Source: an uncultured Enterobacteriaceae bacterium
GTDB taxonomy: Bacteria > Pseudomonadota > Gammaproteobacteria > UBA6186 > Azoamicaceae
DNA: 49,862 bases
Assembly (NCBI GenBank): GCA_964456515.1
Contig: CAYVZP010000001.1
Location: forward strand, 33,297 to 83,158
Reading direction: 5' to 3'
Below are positions 31,041-41,579 of this stretch, in pieces (the stretch's first letter is position 1; each line of letters opens with the position of its first letter). Below the pieces are notes generated by a model. The model worked only from the letters and a program-made list of their open reading frames with translations, did not search any database and had not been told where the DNA came from. A program made the position numbers and the translations under genes.

Positions 31041-32420
31041 TTATTTTTTTTTTAAAATAAATATTATTGATGGTAACATTAACAGTATAAAAGATGCAGA
31101 TAATAATAAAATATATATTTTTTTATCTATAATATTAATGTTTGCGGGTTGTATATAAGAAATAAAAAATGTAAATATACACATTGAAATACCTAACCAT
31201 GAAAACAAATTAAGAAAAGGTACTTTATATGGCCGTTTAATGTGAGGATATTTTTTTCTTAATTTTATAATAGATAAAAATATAATACTATACATAAATA
31301 CTGCAAATTGTGCAGATAAACATATAAAGACCCATATTAATCCATTTATATTATTAATAAATATAAAAAAAATAATAGATAAACTGCTGCCAACAATTGC
31401 TTGAAAAATTAATAATCTTACAGGTATATTTTTATTATTAGTAATTTTAAAATATTTAGGTAAAAATCCATCATTAGATGTTACAAACATGCCTTTAATT
31501 GGCCCCATAATCCAAGTATTCATTCCAGATATAGAGCCTATTAATAATAATACACTTAAAATAGGTATAATAAAAAAAATATTATTTTTAATAAAAAACA
31601 CTTTTAATGCCTGAATAACGCCAGACGCTAATGATATTTCGTTTTTCGGAACAACAATAGATATAGATAGTGATCCAAGTAAATAAATTAAAAATATTAT
31701 TATTGCTGATATTATTACAGTTTTAGGAATATTAATTTTAGGATTATCTATAGCATGTGTATGAAATGATATAATTTCTATTCCAGATATACCTAATAAA
31801 ATACCAGAAAAAAAAACTAAATTATTTAAATTAAAATCAGGTATTAATGACTTTACATTAAATGTAATATTAATTTCATTGTCATTTAACACCCAAATAA
31901 TACCAAATAAAATAATCAAAAGTATTGGAATGATAGTTCCGATTATTACACCTATAGAACTTAACATAGATGAGATTTCTATACCATAACAATTTATATA
32001 AGTTAAAATCCAGAAAATTAAAATAATTCCAATAATAAAAAAATAATAATTATTTTCTAAATTAGGAAAAAATGGTGACAATGCATGAGATAGCATGGCA
32101 ATTATAAAAATTAACATTGTAGGAAACCATATAATACTTTCCATCCAATATGCCCACATTACAACAAAACCTACAGATTTACCATAAGCTTTTTTTATCC
32201 AATAATAACAACCTTCATCTGAAGGCCATGTTGAACTTAATTCCGCAATAACCATAGATATAGGTATAAAAAAAAAAAGCATGGCAATTAAAAGAAAAAA
32301 AATTAACGATAATCCAACTTCTGCAAATAATGGTAAACTTTTTAAACTAACTACGGCAGAAATAGATAACATTACTAATTTAAAAACACCCATTTTTTTA
32401 GATTTTAACATATATTTCAC
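31041..32420 (-). CDS. APC-superfamily amino-acid transporter (GadC-like antiporter)
   Basis: About 12 TM segments; FFIP.S...AELSS.WP, YYWIK.AYG, G.LPK.F...N....P, LR.KYP...RPYKVP. Confidence 0.85.
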   Translation of the reverse strand: MKYMLKSKKMGVFKLVMLSISAVVSLKSLPLFAEVGLSLIFFLLIAMLFFFIPISMVIAELSSTWPSDEGCYYWIKKAYGKSVGFVVMWAYWMESIIWFPTMLIFIIAMLSHALSPFFPNLENNYYFFIIGIILIFWILTYINCYGIEISSMLSSIGVIIGTIIPILLIILFGIIWVLNDNEINITFNVKSLIPDFNLNNLVFFSGILLGISGIEIISFHTHAIDNPKINIPKTVIISAIIIFLIYLLGSLSISIVVPKNEISLASGVIQALKVFFIKNNIFFIIPILSVLLLIGSISGMNTWIMGPIKGMFVTSNDGFLPKYFKITNNKNIPVRLLIFQAIVGSSLSIIFFIFINNINGLIWVFICLSAQFAVFMYSIIFLSIIKLRKKYPHIKRPYKVPFLNLFSWLGISMCIFTFFISYIQPANINIIDKKIYILLLSASFILLMLPSIIFILKKK

Positions 32421-32444
32421 TTTATTAAATTAATATAAAAATAA

Positions 32445-33680
32445 TTATCTTTTTCTACGTAAATATTTTTTGATAACATGACTTATTGACATACCTTGCA
32501 CCATCATAGAAAAAATAACCACAGCATATGTAATGCTAACTAAAAAATCATGATAAATGCCTTCTATACTTAAAGCTAAAGCTATGGAAACCCCGCCTCT
32601 TAAACCACACCATGTTAATATATTTAATAATTTAAAATTTAACATTCTAAAATAAGTTAATCCATAAATAGGAATAAGTATACTTAACCATCTGCCAAAT
32701 AGTGCTATAAATATAGATACAAAAACAGATAACAAGGTATATATATCAAATCTAATACCTATAAATTCTAATCCTATTAAAACAAATAAAATAGCATTTA
32801 ATACTTCATCTAACAATTCCCAAAAGGAGCATAATCGTATCATGGTATCTTCAGTCATTTCGCCTTTTTTTATCATATTGCTTATAACCAATCCAGCGCT
32901 GGCCATACATATAGGTCCAGATACTTCAAAAATATAATGTGATATGTAATATCCTCCAGAAACTAATCCAAGTGTAAAAATGATAGTTATTTCTGGATCA
33001 TTTACATTTCTTAATAAAATAGCGCTAAAATATCCTATAATTAATCCTAAAATCAAACCACCAACACCTTGTCTAAAAAAATAAAACACCATTGTATCTA
33101 AAGATAAATCTGTATTTTTGCCATACGCTAAACTTAATGCAACAAAAAATAAAACTATTCCCATTCCATCATTAAATAACGCTTCGCCAGCTATTTTTAA
33201 TTCCAATGATTTAGGCGCTTTAATTATTTTTAATATTCCTAGTACAGCTATAGGATCAGTTGGTGAAATTAATGCACCAAAAACAAAACAATAATAAAAT
33301 GGTAGATTTATACAAAAAATTTGAGTTAACACATATAAACAATACCCAATAAATAATGTTGAAAATATAACACTAAAGGTAGCTAAATATGTTATTAACG
33401 TTTTATATCTAGATAATTCAATTACATTAACATGCAATGAGCCGGCAAATAATAAAAAACTTAACATGCCATGTAAAAATGTGTCATTAAATTTAACACC
33501 AATAAATACATTACCGCTAATATTAAATCCTATTTTAGTACCAACAATCATAAACAATGATAAAAAAAGTGTTATAATAGTAATTCCTATAGATTTAGGT
33601 AATTTTACATAACGATAATTTATATAACTAGAAATAGCTGTTAAAGTGATTAATACCCCAGCTAATTTAAATCCTATCAT
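32445..33680 (-). CDS. CPA1-family Na+/H+ antiporter (NhaP-like)
   Basis: FLLFAGSLH, FGALISPTDPIAV, GEALFNDG, GLRGGVSIALAL. Confidence 0.92.
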   Translation of the reverse strand: MIGFKLAGVLITLTAISSYINYRYVKLPKSIGITIITLFLSLFMIVGTKIGFNISGNVFIGVKFNDTFLHGMLSFLLFAGSLHVNVIELSRYKTLITYLATFSVIFSTLFIGYCLYVLTQIFCINLPFYYCFVFGALISPTDPIAVLGILKIIKAPKSLELKIAGEALFNDGMGIVLFFVALSLAYGKNTDLSLDTMVFYFFRQGVGGLILGLIIGYFSAILLRNVNDPEITIIFTLGLVSGGYYISHYIFEVSGPICMASAGLVISNMIKKGEMTEDTMIRLCSFWELLDEVLNAILFVLIGLEFIGIRFDIYTLLSVFVSIFIALFGRWLSILIPIYGLTYFRMLNFKLLNILTWCGLRGGVSIALALSIEGIYHDFLVSITYAVVIFSMMVQGMSISHVIKKYLRRKR

Positions 33681-33770
33681 CTTGTTTAACCTTTGAATGA
33701 TAAATAATTTATAGGTATTGTTGGTGATATTGATAATGTGTAATTTATAGTGGAAAATAAAAAAATTGAA

Positions 33771-33797
33771 AAAATAATTAAAATAATTAAAATAATT
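33771..33797. repeat. (AAAATAATT)3 tandem repeat in the antiporter/tRNA-fMet spacer
   Basis: Three exact 9-mer copies. Confidence 0.6.
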
Positions 33798-33819
33798 ATA
33801 TTATTTTTTCTAATATTAC

Positions 33820-33848
33820 TTGCTTTTTATTTTATTTTTTATTAAAAT
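33820..33848 (+). promoter_or_regulatory. Candidate sigma70 promoter of tRNA-fMet-nusA-infB
   Basis: TTGCTT-N17-TAAAAT ending 9 nt before the tRNA. Confidence 0.55.
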
Positions 33849-33857
33849 TTTTATCAA

Positions 33858-33934
<77 letters not shown>

Positions 33935-33961
33935 TTATTATTTTTAAATTCATAAAATCAT

Positions 33962-34975
33962 ATGATGAGTAAAATAATTCATTTAAAACCAATAGTTGAT
34001 GATATTTCAGAAGAAAATTCTGTTTCCACAAATATTATATATACTACAATTAAACAAGCTATATTACACGCCACTAAAGCTAAATATAAATTATTGAATA
34101 TAAATGTAAATATAAATAATGTAAATGGCATATATAATGTATATGCAATATATGATATAATAAATATAAATAAATATAATATTTCAATAAAAAAATCTTT
34201 TAAAAAAATTAAAATAACTAATTTATTAAATGATAATTATCAAAAAGAAATATATTTATCTAATTTTAAACGACAAAACATTGATCCAGCTAAGAAAATT
34301 ATAATTAATAAAATAAGATCTTTTAAAAAAAAATTTCAATTAGATAATTTTCATAAAAATACTATAATAGGTATAGTGAAAAAACAAACAATGTATTCAT
34401 TGATAATTGATATAAATCATGATATATATGGTGTGATACATAAAAATGATTTAATTCCATATGAACATTTTAAAATTAATGATAAAATTAAAGCATGTGT
34501 TAAAGAAATTTTAAATCATAAAACTGATAGTATAATTTATTTAAGTAGGGTATGTAATAATATGCTTTTTAATTTATTAAAATTGGAAGTGCCTGAAATT
34601 AATGAAAACATAATACATATTAAGAATATAGTACGAAATCCAGGACTAAGATCTAAAGTATCAATAATAAGTCATCATAAACAATTAAATCCAGTTGGTA
34701 TATGTTTAGGAATAAGAGGTTCTAGAATTAAAAATGTGTCTAATGAATTAAATAAAGAAAAAATTGATTTAATAATATGGAATAAAAATATAATAAAATA
34801 TGTTTTAAATATGTTTTATAATATAATAATAAACACAATTGAAATAAATGTTAAAACAAAATTTATTAAAATAATAATAAATAAAATAAATATACCAAAA
34901 GCGATTGGTAAAGCTGGTCAAAATATAAAACTATTAAATAGATTAACAAATTGGAAAATAAAAGTAATAAGTTAA
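33962..34975 (+). CDS. nusA: Transcription factor NusA (no C-terminal AR domains)
   Basis: LEVPEI, RNPG.RSKV, PVG.C.G.RGSRI..V..EL..EKID, AIGK.GQN.KL...LT.WKI. Confidence 0.93.
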   Translation: MMSKIIHLKPIVDDISEENSVSTNIIYTTIKQAILHATKAKYKLLNINVNINNVNGIYNVYAIYDIININKYNISIKKSFKKIKITNLLNDNYQKEIYLSNFKRQNIDPAKKIIINKIRSFKKKFQLDNFHKNTIIGIVKKQTMYSLIIDINHDIYGVIHKNDLIPYEHFKINDKIKACVKEILNHKTDSIIYLSRVCNNMLFNLLKLEVPEINENIIHIKNIVRNPGLRSKVSIISHHKQLNPVGICLGIRGSRIKNVSNELNKEKIDLIIWNKNIIKYVLNMFYNIIINTIEINVKTKFIKIIINKINIPKAIGKAGQNIKLLNRLTNWKIKVIS

Positions 34976-35026
34976 ATAAAGTAATAATTATTTTTTTATT
35001 AATTTTTCAATTTGCTAAATTTATAA

Positions 35027-35054
35027 AAACTTTAAACTTTAAACTCTTAACTTT
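35027..35054. repeat. Degenerate 7-mer tandem repeat (AAACTTT x2, AAACTCT, TAACTTT)
   Basis: Read directly; ends 11 nt upstream of infB. Confidence 0.55.
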
Positions 35055-35065
35055 TAATATAAATT

Positions 35066-36553
35066 ATGATTAAAAAAAAAAATTATAGATCGCCAATAAT
35101 AACTGTTGTTGGCCATATAGATCATGGAAAAACAACGTTTTTAAATTATATAAACAATAATAAAAAAATGGTAAAAGAACATGGTGGTATAACACAACAT
35201 ATTAAATCGTATTATATAAATACCAAATTTGGTAATATGACATTTTTAGACACGCCAGGACATTTTGCTTTTAATAGTAATAGAGAAAATTGTATAAAAA
35301 TTGCTGATATTGTTTTATTGATAATTTCAATAACTGATGGAATTAAACCACAAACAATTGAATCAATAAATTTAATAAAAAAATTTAAAAAACCGACAAT
35401 AATAGCATTAAATAAAATAGATAAAAGTAATGATGCTGGAGAACAAGAAAAAATTATTTTAAATAATTTAATAGCAGAAAAATTAGTTCCAGAAAAATGG
35501 GGTGGAGACGTAATAGTTTCGCTTATATCATCCAAAACAGGGAAAGGGGTGGACAATTTAATGGAAATGTTATATATACAATCAGAAATGTTAGAGCTTG
35601 AAATTAACACAAATGATAAAACTTATGGCATAATATTAGAAAATAAAATTGACACCGGAAAGGGTTTTATATCAACAATAATATTAAAAAATGGTTGTTT
35701 AGAAAAAGGTGGTATGATTAAAATAAATAATGTGGTCAGAAAGGTTAAAAATATATATGATACTAATAATAGTATAATATCTATGGCACGTGAATCTGTT
35801 CCAGTTAACATCATTGGATTAGATAAAGATGTAATTATAGGTGAAACATTTGAAATAATAATTAATTATAAAAAAACAAAAAAAATAAATGTAATACAAA
35901 CCAATTCAATTACTAAAACAATTGATATATATGATCCAGAAACTGTTTTTCAAAACATTAATAACGATATTACTAAAATAAATGTAATAATTAAAGTTGA
36001 TACACAAGGGTCTATGAATGCTATTAAAACATCATTAGAAAAATTGTCAACAAAAAAAATAAAAATAAATATAATAAAAATTGATATAGGTGATTTTAAT
36101 ACTTCAGATATAGATTTAGGGGTCATAACACATGCTTTTCTAATAGGTTTTAATGTAAAAAAAGATTCAAAAATTAAAAATATTATAAAAAAACAGTTAA
36201 TTGAAATAAATATATTTCATGTAATATATGATATATTGAACTTTGTAACAATTAAAATAAATGAAAATGAAAAATTGATAGAAGAAAATAATGTAATAGG
36301 TACCGCAATAGTTAAAAAAATATTTAACAATGAAACTTATATTATAGCAGGATGTTTAATAACAACTGGTGTTATTAAAAATAATTCAAAAATTAAAATA
36401 ACGCGACAAAATAATATAATTCATGAAGGTTATATAAATTCAATAAAGATTTTAAAAAAAAACGTTTCATTAATTACACATGGACATGAATGTGGCATAA
36501 CAATTAAAAATTTTAATAAAATTAAAATACATGATAAAATAACAGTATATTAA
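35066..36553 (+). CDS. infB: Translation initiation factor IF-2 lacking the N-terminal domains
   Basis: GHIDHGKTT, GGITQHI, DTPGH, NKID, PEKWGGD, G.ECGI. Confidence 0.95.
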   Translation: MIKKKNYRSPIITVVGHIDHGKTTFLNYINNNKKMVKEHGGITQHIKSYYINTKFGNMTFLDTPGHFAFNSNRENCIKIADIVLLIISITDGIKPQTIESINLIKKFKKPTIIALNKIDKSNDAGEQEKIILNNLIAEKLVPEKWGGDVIVSLISSKTGKGVDNLMEMLYIQSEMLELEINTNDKTYGIILENKIDTGKGFISTIILKNGCLEKGGMIKINNVVRKVKNIYDTNNSIISMARESVPVNIIGLDKDVIIGETFEIIINYKKTKKINVIQTNSITKTIDIYDPETVFQNINNDITKINVIIKVDTQGSMNAIKTSLEKLSTKKIKINIIKIDIGDFNTSDIDLGVITHAFLIGFNVKKDSKIKNIIKKQLIEINIFHVIYDILNFVTIKINENEKLIEENNVIGTAIVKKIFNNETYIIAGCLITTGVIKNNSKIKITRQNNIIHEGYINSIKILKKNVSLITHGHECGITIKNFNKIKIHDKITVY

Positions 36554-36777
36554 TTTATATGATCTTTACAAAAAAATTTACCATTTGATAAATGAGCTTC
36601 AGATTTAGTTAAATAAATTTTACATTTATCACATTGGATCATATTTAAAGAAGCTGTATTATTTGATGAATTTACATTATTTTTTTTTTGCTTATAAAAA
36701 GAAATAAATTTTAAAATAAAATTAAACAGCTGTACAACAACAATGGATAAAATTATAAATATTAATGATTTAAACAT
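36550..36777 (-). CDS. Small membrane-anchored putative zinc-binding protein (PP0621-family-like)
   Basis: N-terminal TM helix, then M..C-x2-C-x17-C-x2-H. Confidence 0.7.
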   Translation of the reverse strand: MFKSLIFIILSIVVVQLFNFILKFISFYKQKKNNVNSSNNTASLNMIQCDKCKIYLTKSEAHLSNGKFFCKDHIN

Positions 36778-36808
36778 ACAATTATTACCTTATAATGTGA
36801 AAATATAT

Positions 36809-37483
36809 TTATTTTTCGGAATAAGTTACTCTACATAAATAATTATAATCTTTAAATGTATAGATATTAATAAAACCAATGAGTTTCATTAAATTTCTAA
36901 TTAATTTAGATTGATTATAACCATGTTCTAAAATTAGCACACCATTTAAAATTAAAATATAATAACAGAAACATATTATTATAAAAATATCATATAAACC
37001 ATAATTATTAGAACTTAATGAATATTTTGTTTTTTCATTTTTTTTAAAATAAAAATTAAAATTTTCTATAGATAAATATGGTGGATTAGAAAAAATGATA
37101 TTATATTTTTTAATATTAAATAAAAAATAAGTCCAACTACAACAAAAAGTATACAGATTTTTACAATTAATCTTTGAATTTATAAAACATAAATATTTTT
37201 TATCAAATGAGATAAAAATAAATTTCATGTTATTACATTTAAAAACATTATTAAAAAAACCAGAACCAAAACCAAGCTCAAGACATGTTGTTAAATTTTT
37301 TAAAAACAAAAAATTGTTTAATATATTTATTAATAAAACACTATCATTACGTGGTAATAAAATAGGATAAAATATATTAATATTATAATTATTTATATAT
37401 TTATTTTTAAATAAATAATTAATAAATATTCTAGCAAGTTTATTAAAATATAAGGAATGTAAAATTTTATATTTATCAAACAT
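36809..37483 (-). CDS. prmC: Release-factor glutamine methyltransferase HemK/PrmC, diverged
   Basis: LLPR.D, LELGFGSG, SNPPY, LEHGYNQ; directly downstream of prfA. Confidence 0.88.
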   Translation of the reverse strand: MFDKYKILHSLYFNKLARIFINYLFKNKYINNYNINIFYPILLPRNDSVLLINILNNFLFLKNLTTCLELGFGSGFFNNVFKCNNMKFIFISFDKKYLCFINSKINCKNLYTFCCSWTYFLFNIKKYNIIFSNPPYLSIENFNFYFKKNEKTKYSLSSNNYGLYDIFIIICFCYYILILNGVLILEHGYNQSKLIRNLMKLIGFINIYTFKDYNYLCRVTYSEK

Positions 37484-38561
37484 TTATTAAACAATCTATA
37501 ATTAAGTTTAATTTGCCATTCATAACATCTTTTAGTCTATATAAAGTTAAATTAATTCTATGATCGGTGATTCTATTTTTATTATAATTATATGTTCGTA
37601 TTTTTTCTGATCTATCTCCAGATCCAACCATATTTTTTCTTTTGTTATCTAATATTTTTTTTTGTTTAATTTTTTGCCTGTCTAGTAATTTTGATGTCAA
37701 TAAACTCATGGCACTATTTTTATTTTTATGTTGAGAACGTTCGTTTTGACATTCTACAACAATATTTGTTGGGATATGTGTTAATCTAACAGCAGAATCT
37801 GTCATATTTACATGTTGTCCACCAGCACCAGATGCTCTATATGTATCAACACGTATATCATTTATATTTATATTAATTTCATTTACGTTTTTAATTTCAG
37901 GTAAAATAGCAATGGTGCATGTTGACGTATGAACCTTTCCATTGGTTTCAGTAATTGGAATTCTTTGTACTCTATGAATTCCAGATTCATGTTTTAAAAA
38001 TTTAAAAACATTTTTACCTATAACTTGTAATACAATTTCTTTATAACCAGATACATTACCTTTATTATAACTCATAATATGATAAGTCCATTTAATATTA
38101 TAGAAATAATTAATATACATTTTAAACAAATCTTCTGCAAAAATAGCTGATTCATTACCACCAGAAGCTGATCTAATTTCAATAAAAATTTTTTTATAAT
38201 TCTCATTATCATCAGAAGATGTTTTTGATATAATAGATTCATTAATACATTTTATAATGTCCTGTTTATTTTTTTCTAAAACAGTTAATTCTATTAAAAT
38301 TAAATTTTTTATATTTATATCAATTTCTTCTGCATTTAATTTTTTCAAATCATCAATATCAGTTATAATTTTTTTATAAGAAAAATAATTATGTAATTTT
38401 TTCTTTAATAAAGAATACTTTTTTAAAATTTTAGGATATTGAATGTCATGACATGTCTTTTTATTAGATAAAATATTGCATTCTATATTTTTATAAACAA
38501 GATAATCTTTTTCTAATTGATATAAAATATTATATATCATAAATATTAACCTATTTTCCAA
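37476..38561 (-). CDS. prfA: Peptide chain release factor 1 (start may be the ATG at 38540)
   Basis: ESGIHRVQRIPIT (PxT), GAGGQHVN, RTYNY...RITDHR. Confidence 0.96.
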   Translation of the reverse strand: MENRLIFMIYNILYQLEKDYLVYKNIECNILSNKKTCHDIQYPKILKKYSLLKKKLHNYFSYKKIITDIDDLKKLNAEEIDINIKNLILIELTVLEKNKQDIIKCINESIISKTSSDDNENYKKIFIEIRSASGGNESAIFAEDLFKMYINYFYNIKWTYHIMSYNKGNVSGYKEIVLQVIGKNVFKFLKHESGIHRVQRIPITETNGKVHTSTCTIAILPEIKNVNEINININDIRVDTYRASGAGGQHVNMTDSAVRLTHIPTNIVVECQNERSQHKNKNSAMSLLTSKLLDRQKIKQKKILDNKRKNMVGSGDRSEKIRTYNYNKNRITDHRINLTLYRLKDVMNGKLNLIIDCLINV

Positions 38562-39217
38562 TCAATAGTTTTTTCACCGAGCATTTTTAAATGTATATTA
38601 ACTTTTGAAAAAATTCTTGATCCAAAAAAACCTTTATTAGCAGATTTAATAGATGGGTGTGCTGCAGTAATTATAATATTTTTATTTATATTAATATATT
38701 TAATTTTATTTATTGCACAGTTACCTAATAATACAAAAATTATTTTACGTTCTGATTCAGATAAAATTTTTATAATATTATCTGTAAATATCTCCCAGTC
38801 AAGATGTTTATGTGATCCAGGTTTATTTTCCTCAACTGTTAATATACTATTCATTAATAATACTCCTTGTGCTCCCCATTTTAATAAACATGCATTGTTT
38901 TTATTATTTATTCCAAGATCATCATATAATTCTTTATAAATATTAATTATTGAACTAGTTAAATTGATTCCTGGTAAAATAGAAAATGATAAACCATGTG
39001 CCTGTCCAGTTGCACAATATGGATCCTGACCTAAAAAAACAACCTTAACTTTATGAAACGGTGTAATTTGTAAAAAATTAAAAATTAATTTATTGGAAGG
39101 ATAAATATTTTTATTTATACGTTCTTTTATTAAAAATTGCATTAAATTTATAATGTATTGTTTTTTAAATTCATAATATAAAAAATTATGCCAAATTTTA
39201 TCAATATTTAAAGTCAA
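38546..39217 (-). CDS. ung: Uracil-DNA glycosylase (family 1), motifs diverged; probable TTG start at 39217
   Basis: VKVVFLGQDPY, QAHGLSFS, QGVLL.N..LTV, HPS. The ORF-track start at 39265 lies inside tRNA-Leu. Confidence 0.93.
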   Translation of the reverse strand: MTLNIDKIWHNFLYYEFKKQYIINLMQFLIKERINKNIYPSNKLIFNFLQITPFHKVKVVFLGQDPYCATGQAHGLSFSILPGINLTSSIINIYKELYDDLGINNKNNACLLKWGAQGVLLMNSILTVEENKPGSHKHLDWEIFTDNIIKILSESERKIIFVLLGNCAINKIKYININKNIIITAAHPSIKSANKGFFGSRIFSKVNIHLKMLGEKTIDWKIG

Positions 39218-39238
39218 AATATAGTTCCATATTAAAAA

Positions 39239-39322
39239 TACCGAGAGAGAGACTTGAACTCTCATGATCTAACGATCAATAGATTTTGAGTCTATCGTGT
39301 CTACCAATTTCACCATCTCGGC
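39239..39322 (-). tRNA. tRNA-Leu(CAA), CCA not encoded
   Basis: Reverse complement GCCGAGA...TCTCGGT-A; anticodon arm ATAGA-CTCAAAA-TCTAT; variable arm; GTTCAAG. Confidence 0.95.
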
Positions 39323-39331
39323 AAATGTGTG

Positions 39332-39360
39332 TTGAAGAAAAACATATTTTTTGATATTAT
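39332..39360 (+). promoter_or_regulatory. Candidate sigma70 promoter of yajC-secD-secF
   Basis: TTGAAG-N17-TATTAT with a TGn extended -10. Confidence 0.55.
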
Positions 39361-39423
39361 AACAAATAAAATAATTAATTCTATATTATTAGATAAATAA
39401 ATCTAAAACAAGGAAAATAAAAT

Positions 39424-39783
39424 ATGATTAATAAATATATAGTTCTTTTAATGTCATTTTTAATATCAAATATAAGTTATGCAAATCAAACAAATAATAT
39501 AACTGATTCATTAGGATCATTTTTATTATTTCCATTTTTATTTATATTAATGTATATATTATTAATTAGACCGCAAACTAAAAAAGCCAACGATCATAAA
39601 ACATTGCTAAATAACTTGAAAATTAATGACGAAGTTGTAACTCAAAGCGGTTTTTTAGGTAAAATAAAAAAAATATTAGATCAATTTATAATACTATCAT
39701 TAAATGATAATACAGATATTATAATAAAAAAAGATGCTATATCAACGATATTACCTAAAAATAGTATTAAACAAATCAAATGA
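39424..39783 (+). CDS. yajC: Preprotein translocase YajC
   Basis: YILLIRPQ.KK...H, DEVVT..G..GKI, ILPK. Confidence 0.93.
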   Translation: MINKYIVLLMSFLISNISYANQTNNITDSLGSFLLFPFLFILMYILLIRPQTKKANDHKTLLNNLKINDEVVTQSGFLGKIKKILDQFIILSLNDNTDIIIKKDAISTILPKNSIKQIK

Positions 39784-41579
39784 TTATATCACTTAAAAAA
39801 AAATGTATTTTTATATTAGTTGTTTTTTTTATAAGTATAATATATGCTGCTCCAAATATATATGGTGAAGATCCATCAATAATATTAAATAGTCATAAAG
39901 AAATAAATAATAATTTTGTAATTAAAATAAATAACGATTTTATTAAAAAAAAAATTATATCTAAATCTATTAAAATTGAGGAAAAAAATGTATTAATAAT
40001 ACGATTCGCAACTACAGTTGATCAATTTAATGCATATGAAATAATAAAAAAGAAAAAATTGCCAGCAGTAATATCATTAAATATATTAAATTCAAATAAA
40101 TTAAAACTATTTCAATATATTAATTCAAAACCAATGAAAATGGGATTAGATTTAAGAGGTGGGGTTCATTTATTAATAAAAATAAATACGTATGAAAATA
40201 TTAAAAATATAACTAAAATAAATTTTTTATTATTAAAAAATTATTTTAAAAAAAATAATATAAAAATTAATATAATTAAAAGTAAAAATAATAAAATAAT
40301 TAAAATTACTTTTCATAATATAAATAAACATGATATTTATTATAATTTTATAGATCAAAATATAAATGATTTTGAAATATATTATGATAAAAATAATGTA
40401 ATGAAATTTAAAATAAAAAAACATATAGAAATGGAAATTAAAAAAAATGCATTAGAACAAACAATACATATTTTAACAAAAAGAATAAACGAATTAGGAA
40501 TATCTGATGCAATAATTCAACAAAATGGTATTAACAAAATAATAGTGGAAATACCAGGAATACAAAATATATCATATGCGAAAAAAATAATTGGTAAAAC
40601 AGCTACATTAAATTTTATGTTAGTAAATAAAACTAAAAATTTAACTAATTTAACAAAAAAAAATGTTAAAATATTATATAATGATGATAATATTCCAATA
40701 ATATTAAAAAACAAACCTATTTTAACTGGCAATTCAATAATACATGCAACATCAGGATTTGAAAACACTTTTAATAAACCATGTATTAATATTACAATTA
40801 AAAAAAAAGATGCTAAAATTTTTAATAAAATAACAAAAAAAAATATTGGTAATTTAATTGCTATAATATATAAAGAAAATATATATAATAATAAATCCAT
40901 TGAAGAAACCAAGGAAAAAATAATAAATATAGCAAAAATAACCACAGAATTAGGTGATCAATTTCAAATAACAGGATTAAATTTACAAGAATCTAAAGAT
41001 TTAGCTTTATTATTACGATCAGGATCATTACCCACATCAATAACAATCATTGAAGAAAAACTGATAGGACCAACTTTAGGTGAAATAAATATTAAAAATG
41101 GATTAATATCTATATATATATCATTATTTACAATTTTTATATTTATGTTTTTAAAATATAAAACATTAGGAATAATAGCAAATATTAGTTTAATATTAAA
41201 TTTGACATTATTAATATCAATAATGTCAGTAATTGGAATAATTGTGACATTGCCAGGTTTGGCTGGAATAGCGTTAACCATAGGAATGAGTATAGATGGA
41301 AATATATTAATATTTGAAAGAATTAAAGAAGAATTAAAATCAAATTCTATGAAAATAGCTATAGAAAATGGATTTAACAATGCTCTAACAAGCATTATTG
41401 ATTCAAATATTACAACCTTAATAATAGGATTGATATTAATTTTATTAGCATCTGGCCCAATTAAAAGTTTTGGTATAACATTATCTATAGGTATACTAAC
41501 ATCTTTATATTCTTCAATATTTGTATCAAAAACAATCATTGATTTTATAAATTGTAATAATAAAGTTTTATTAAAATGA
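39780..41579 (+). CDS. secD: Protein translocase SecD
   Basis: PNIYGEDP, GLDLRGG, RINELG, LRSGSLP, TLPGLAG..LTIGM..D.NILIFERI.EE. Confidence 0.96.
   Translation: MIISLKKKCIFILVVFFISIIYAAPNIYGEDPSIILNSHKEINNNFVIKINNDFIKKKIISKSIKIEEKNVLIIRFATTVDQFNAYEIIKKKKLPAVISLNILNSNKLKLFQYINSKPMKMGLDLRGGVHLLIKINTYENIKNITKINFLLLKNYFKKNNIKINIIKSKNNKIIKITFHNINKHDIYYNFIDQNINDFEIYYDKNNVMKFKIKKHIEMEIKKNALEQTIHILTKRINELGISDAIIQQNGINKIIVEIPGIQNISYAKKIIGKTATLNFMLVNKTKNLTNLTKKNVKILYNDDNIPIILKNKPILTGNSIIHATSGFENTFNKPCINITIKKKDAKIFNKITKKNIGNLIAIIYKENIYNNKSIEETKEKIINIAKITTELGDQFQITGLNLQESKDLALLLRSGSLPTSITIIEEKLIGPTLGEINIKNGLISIYISLFTIFIFMFLKYKTLGIIANISLILNLTLLISIMSVIGIIVTLPGLAGIALTIGMSIDGNILIFERIKEELKSNSMKIAIENGFNNALTSIIDSNITTLIIGLILILLASGPIKSFGITLSIGILTSLYSSIFVSKTIIDFINCNNKVLLK

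Noticed and set aside
39218..39265. N-terminal extension of ung in the ORF track
   Set aside because: It overlaps tRNA-Leu; homology begins near the TTG at 39217.
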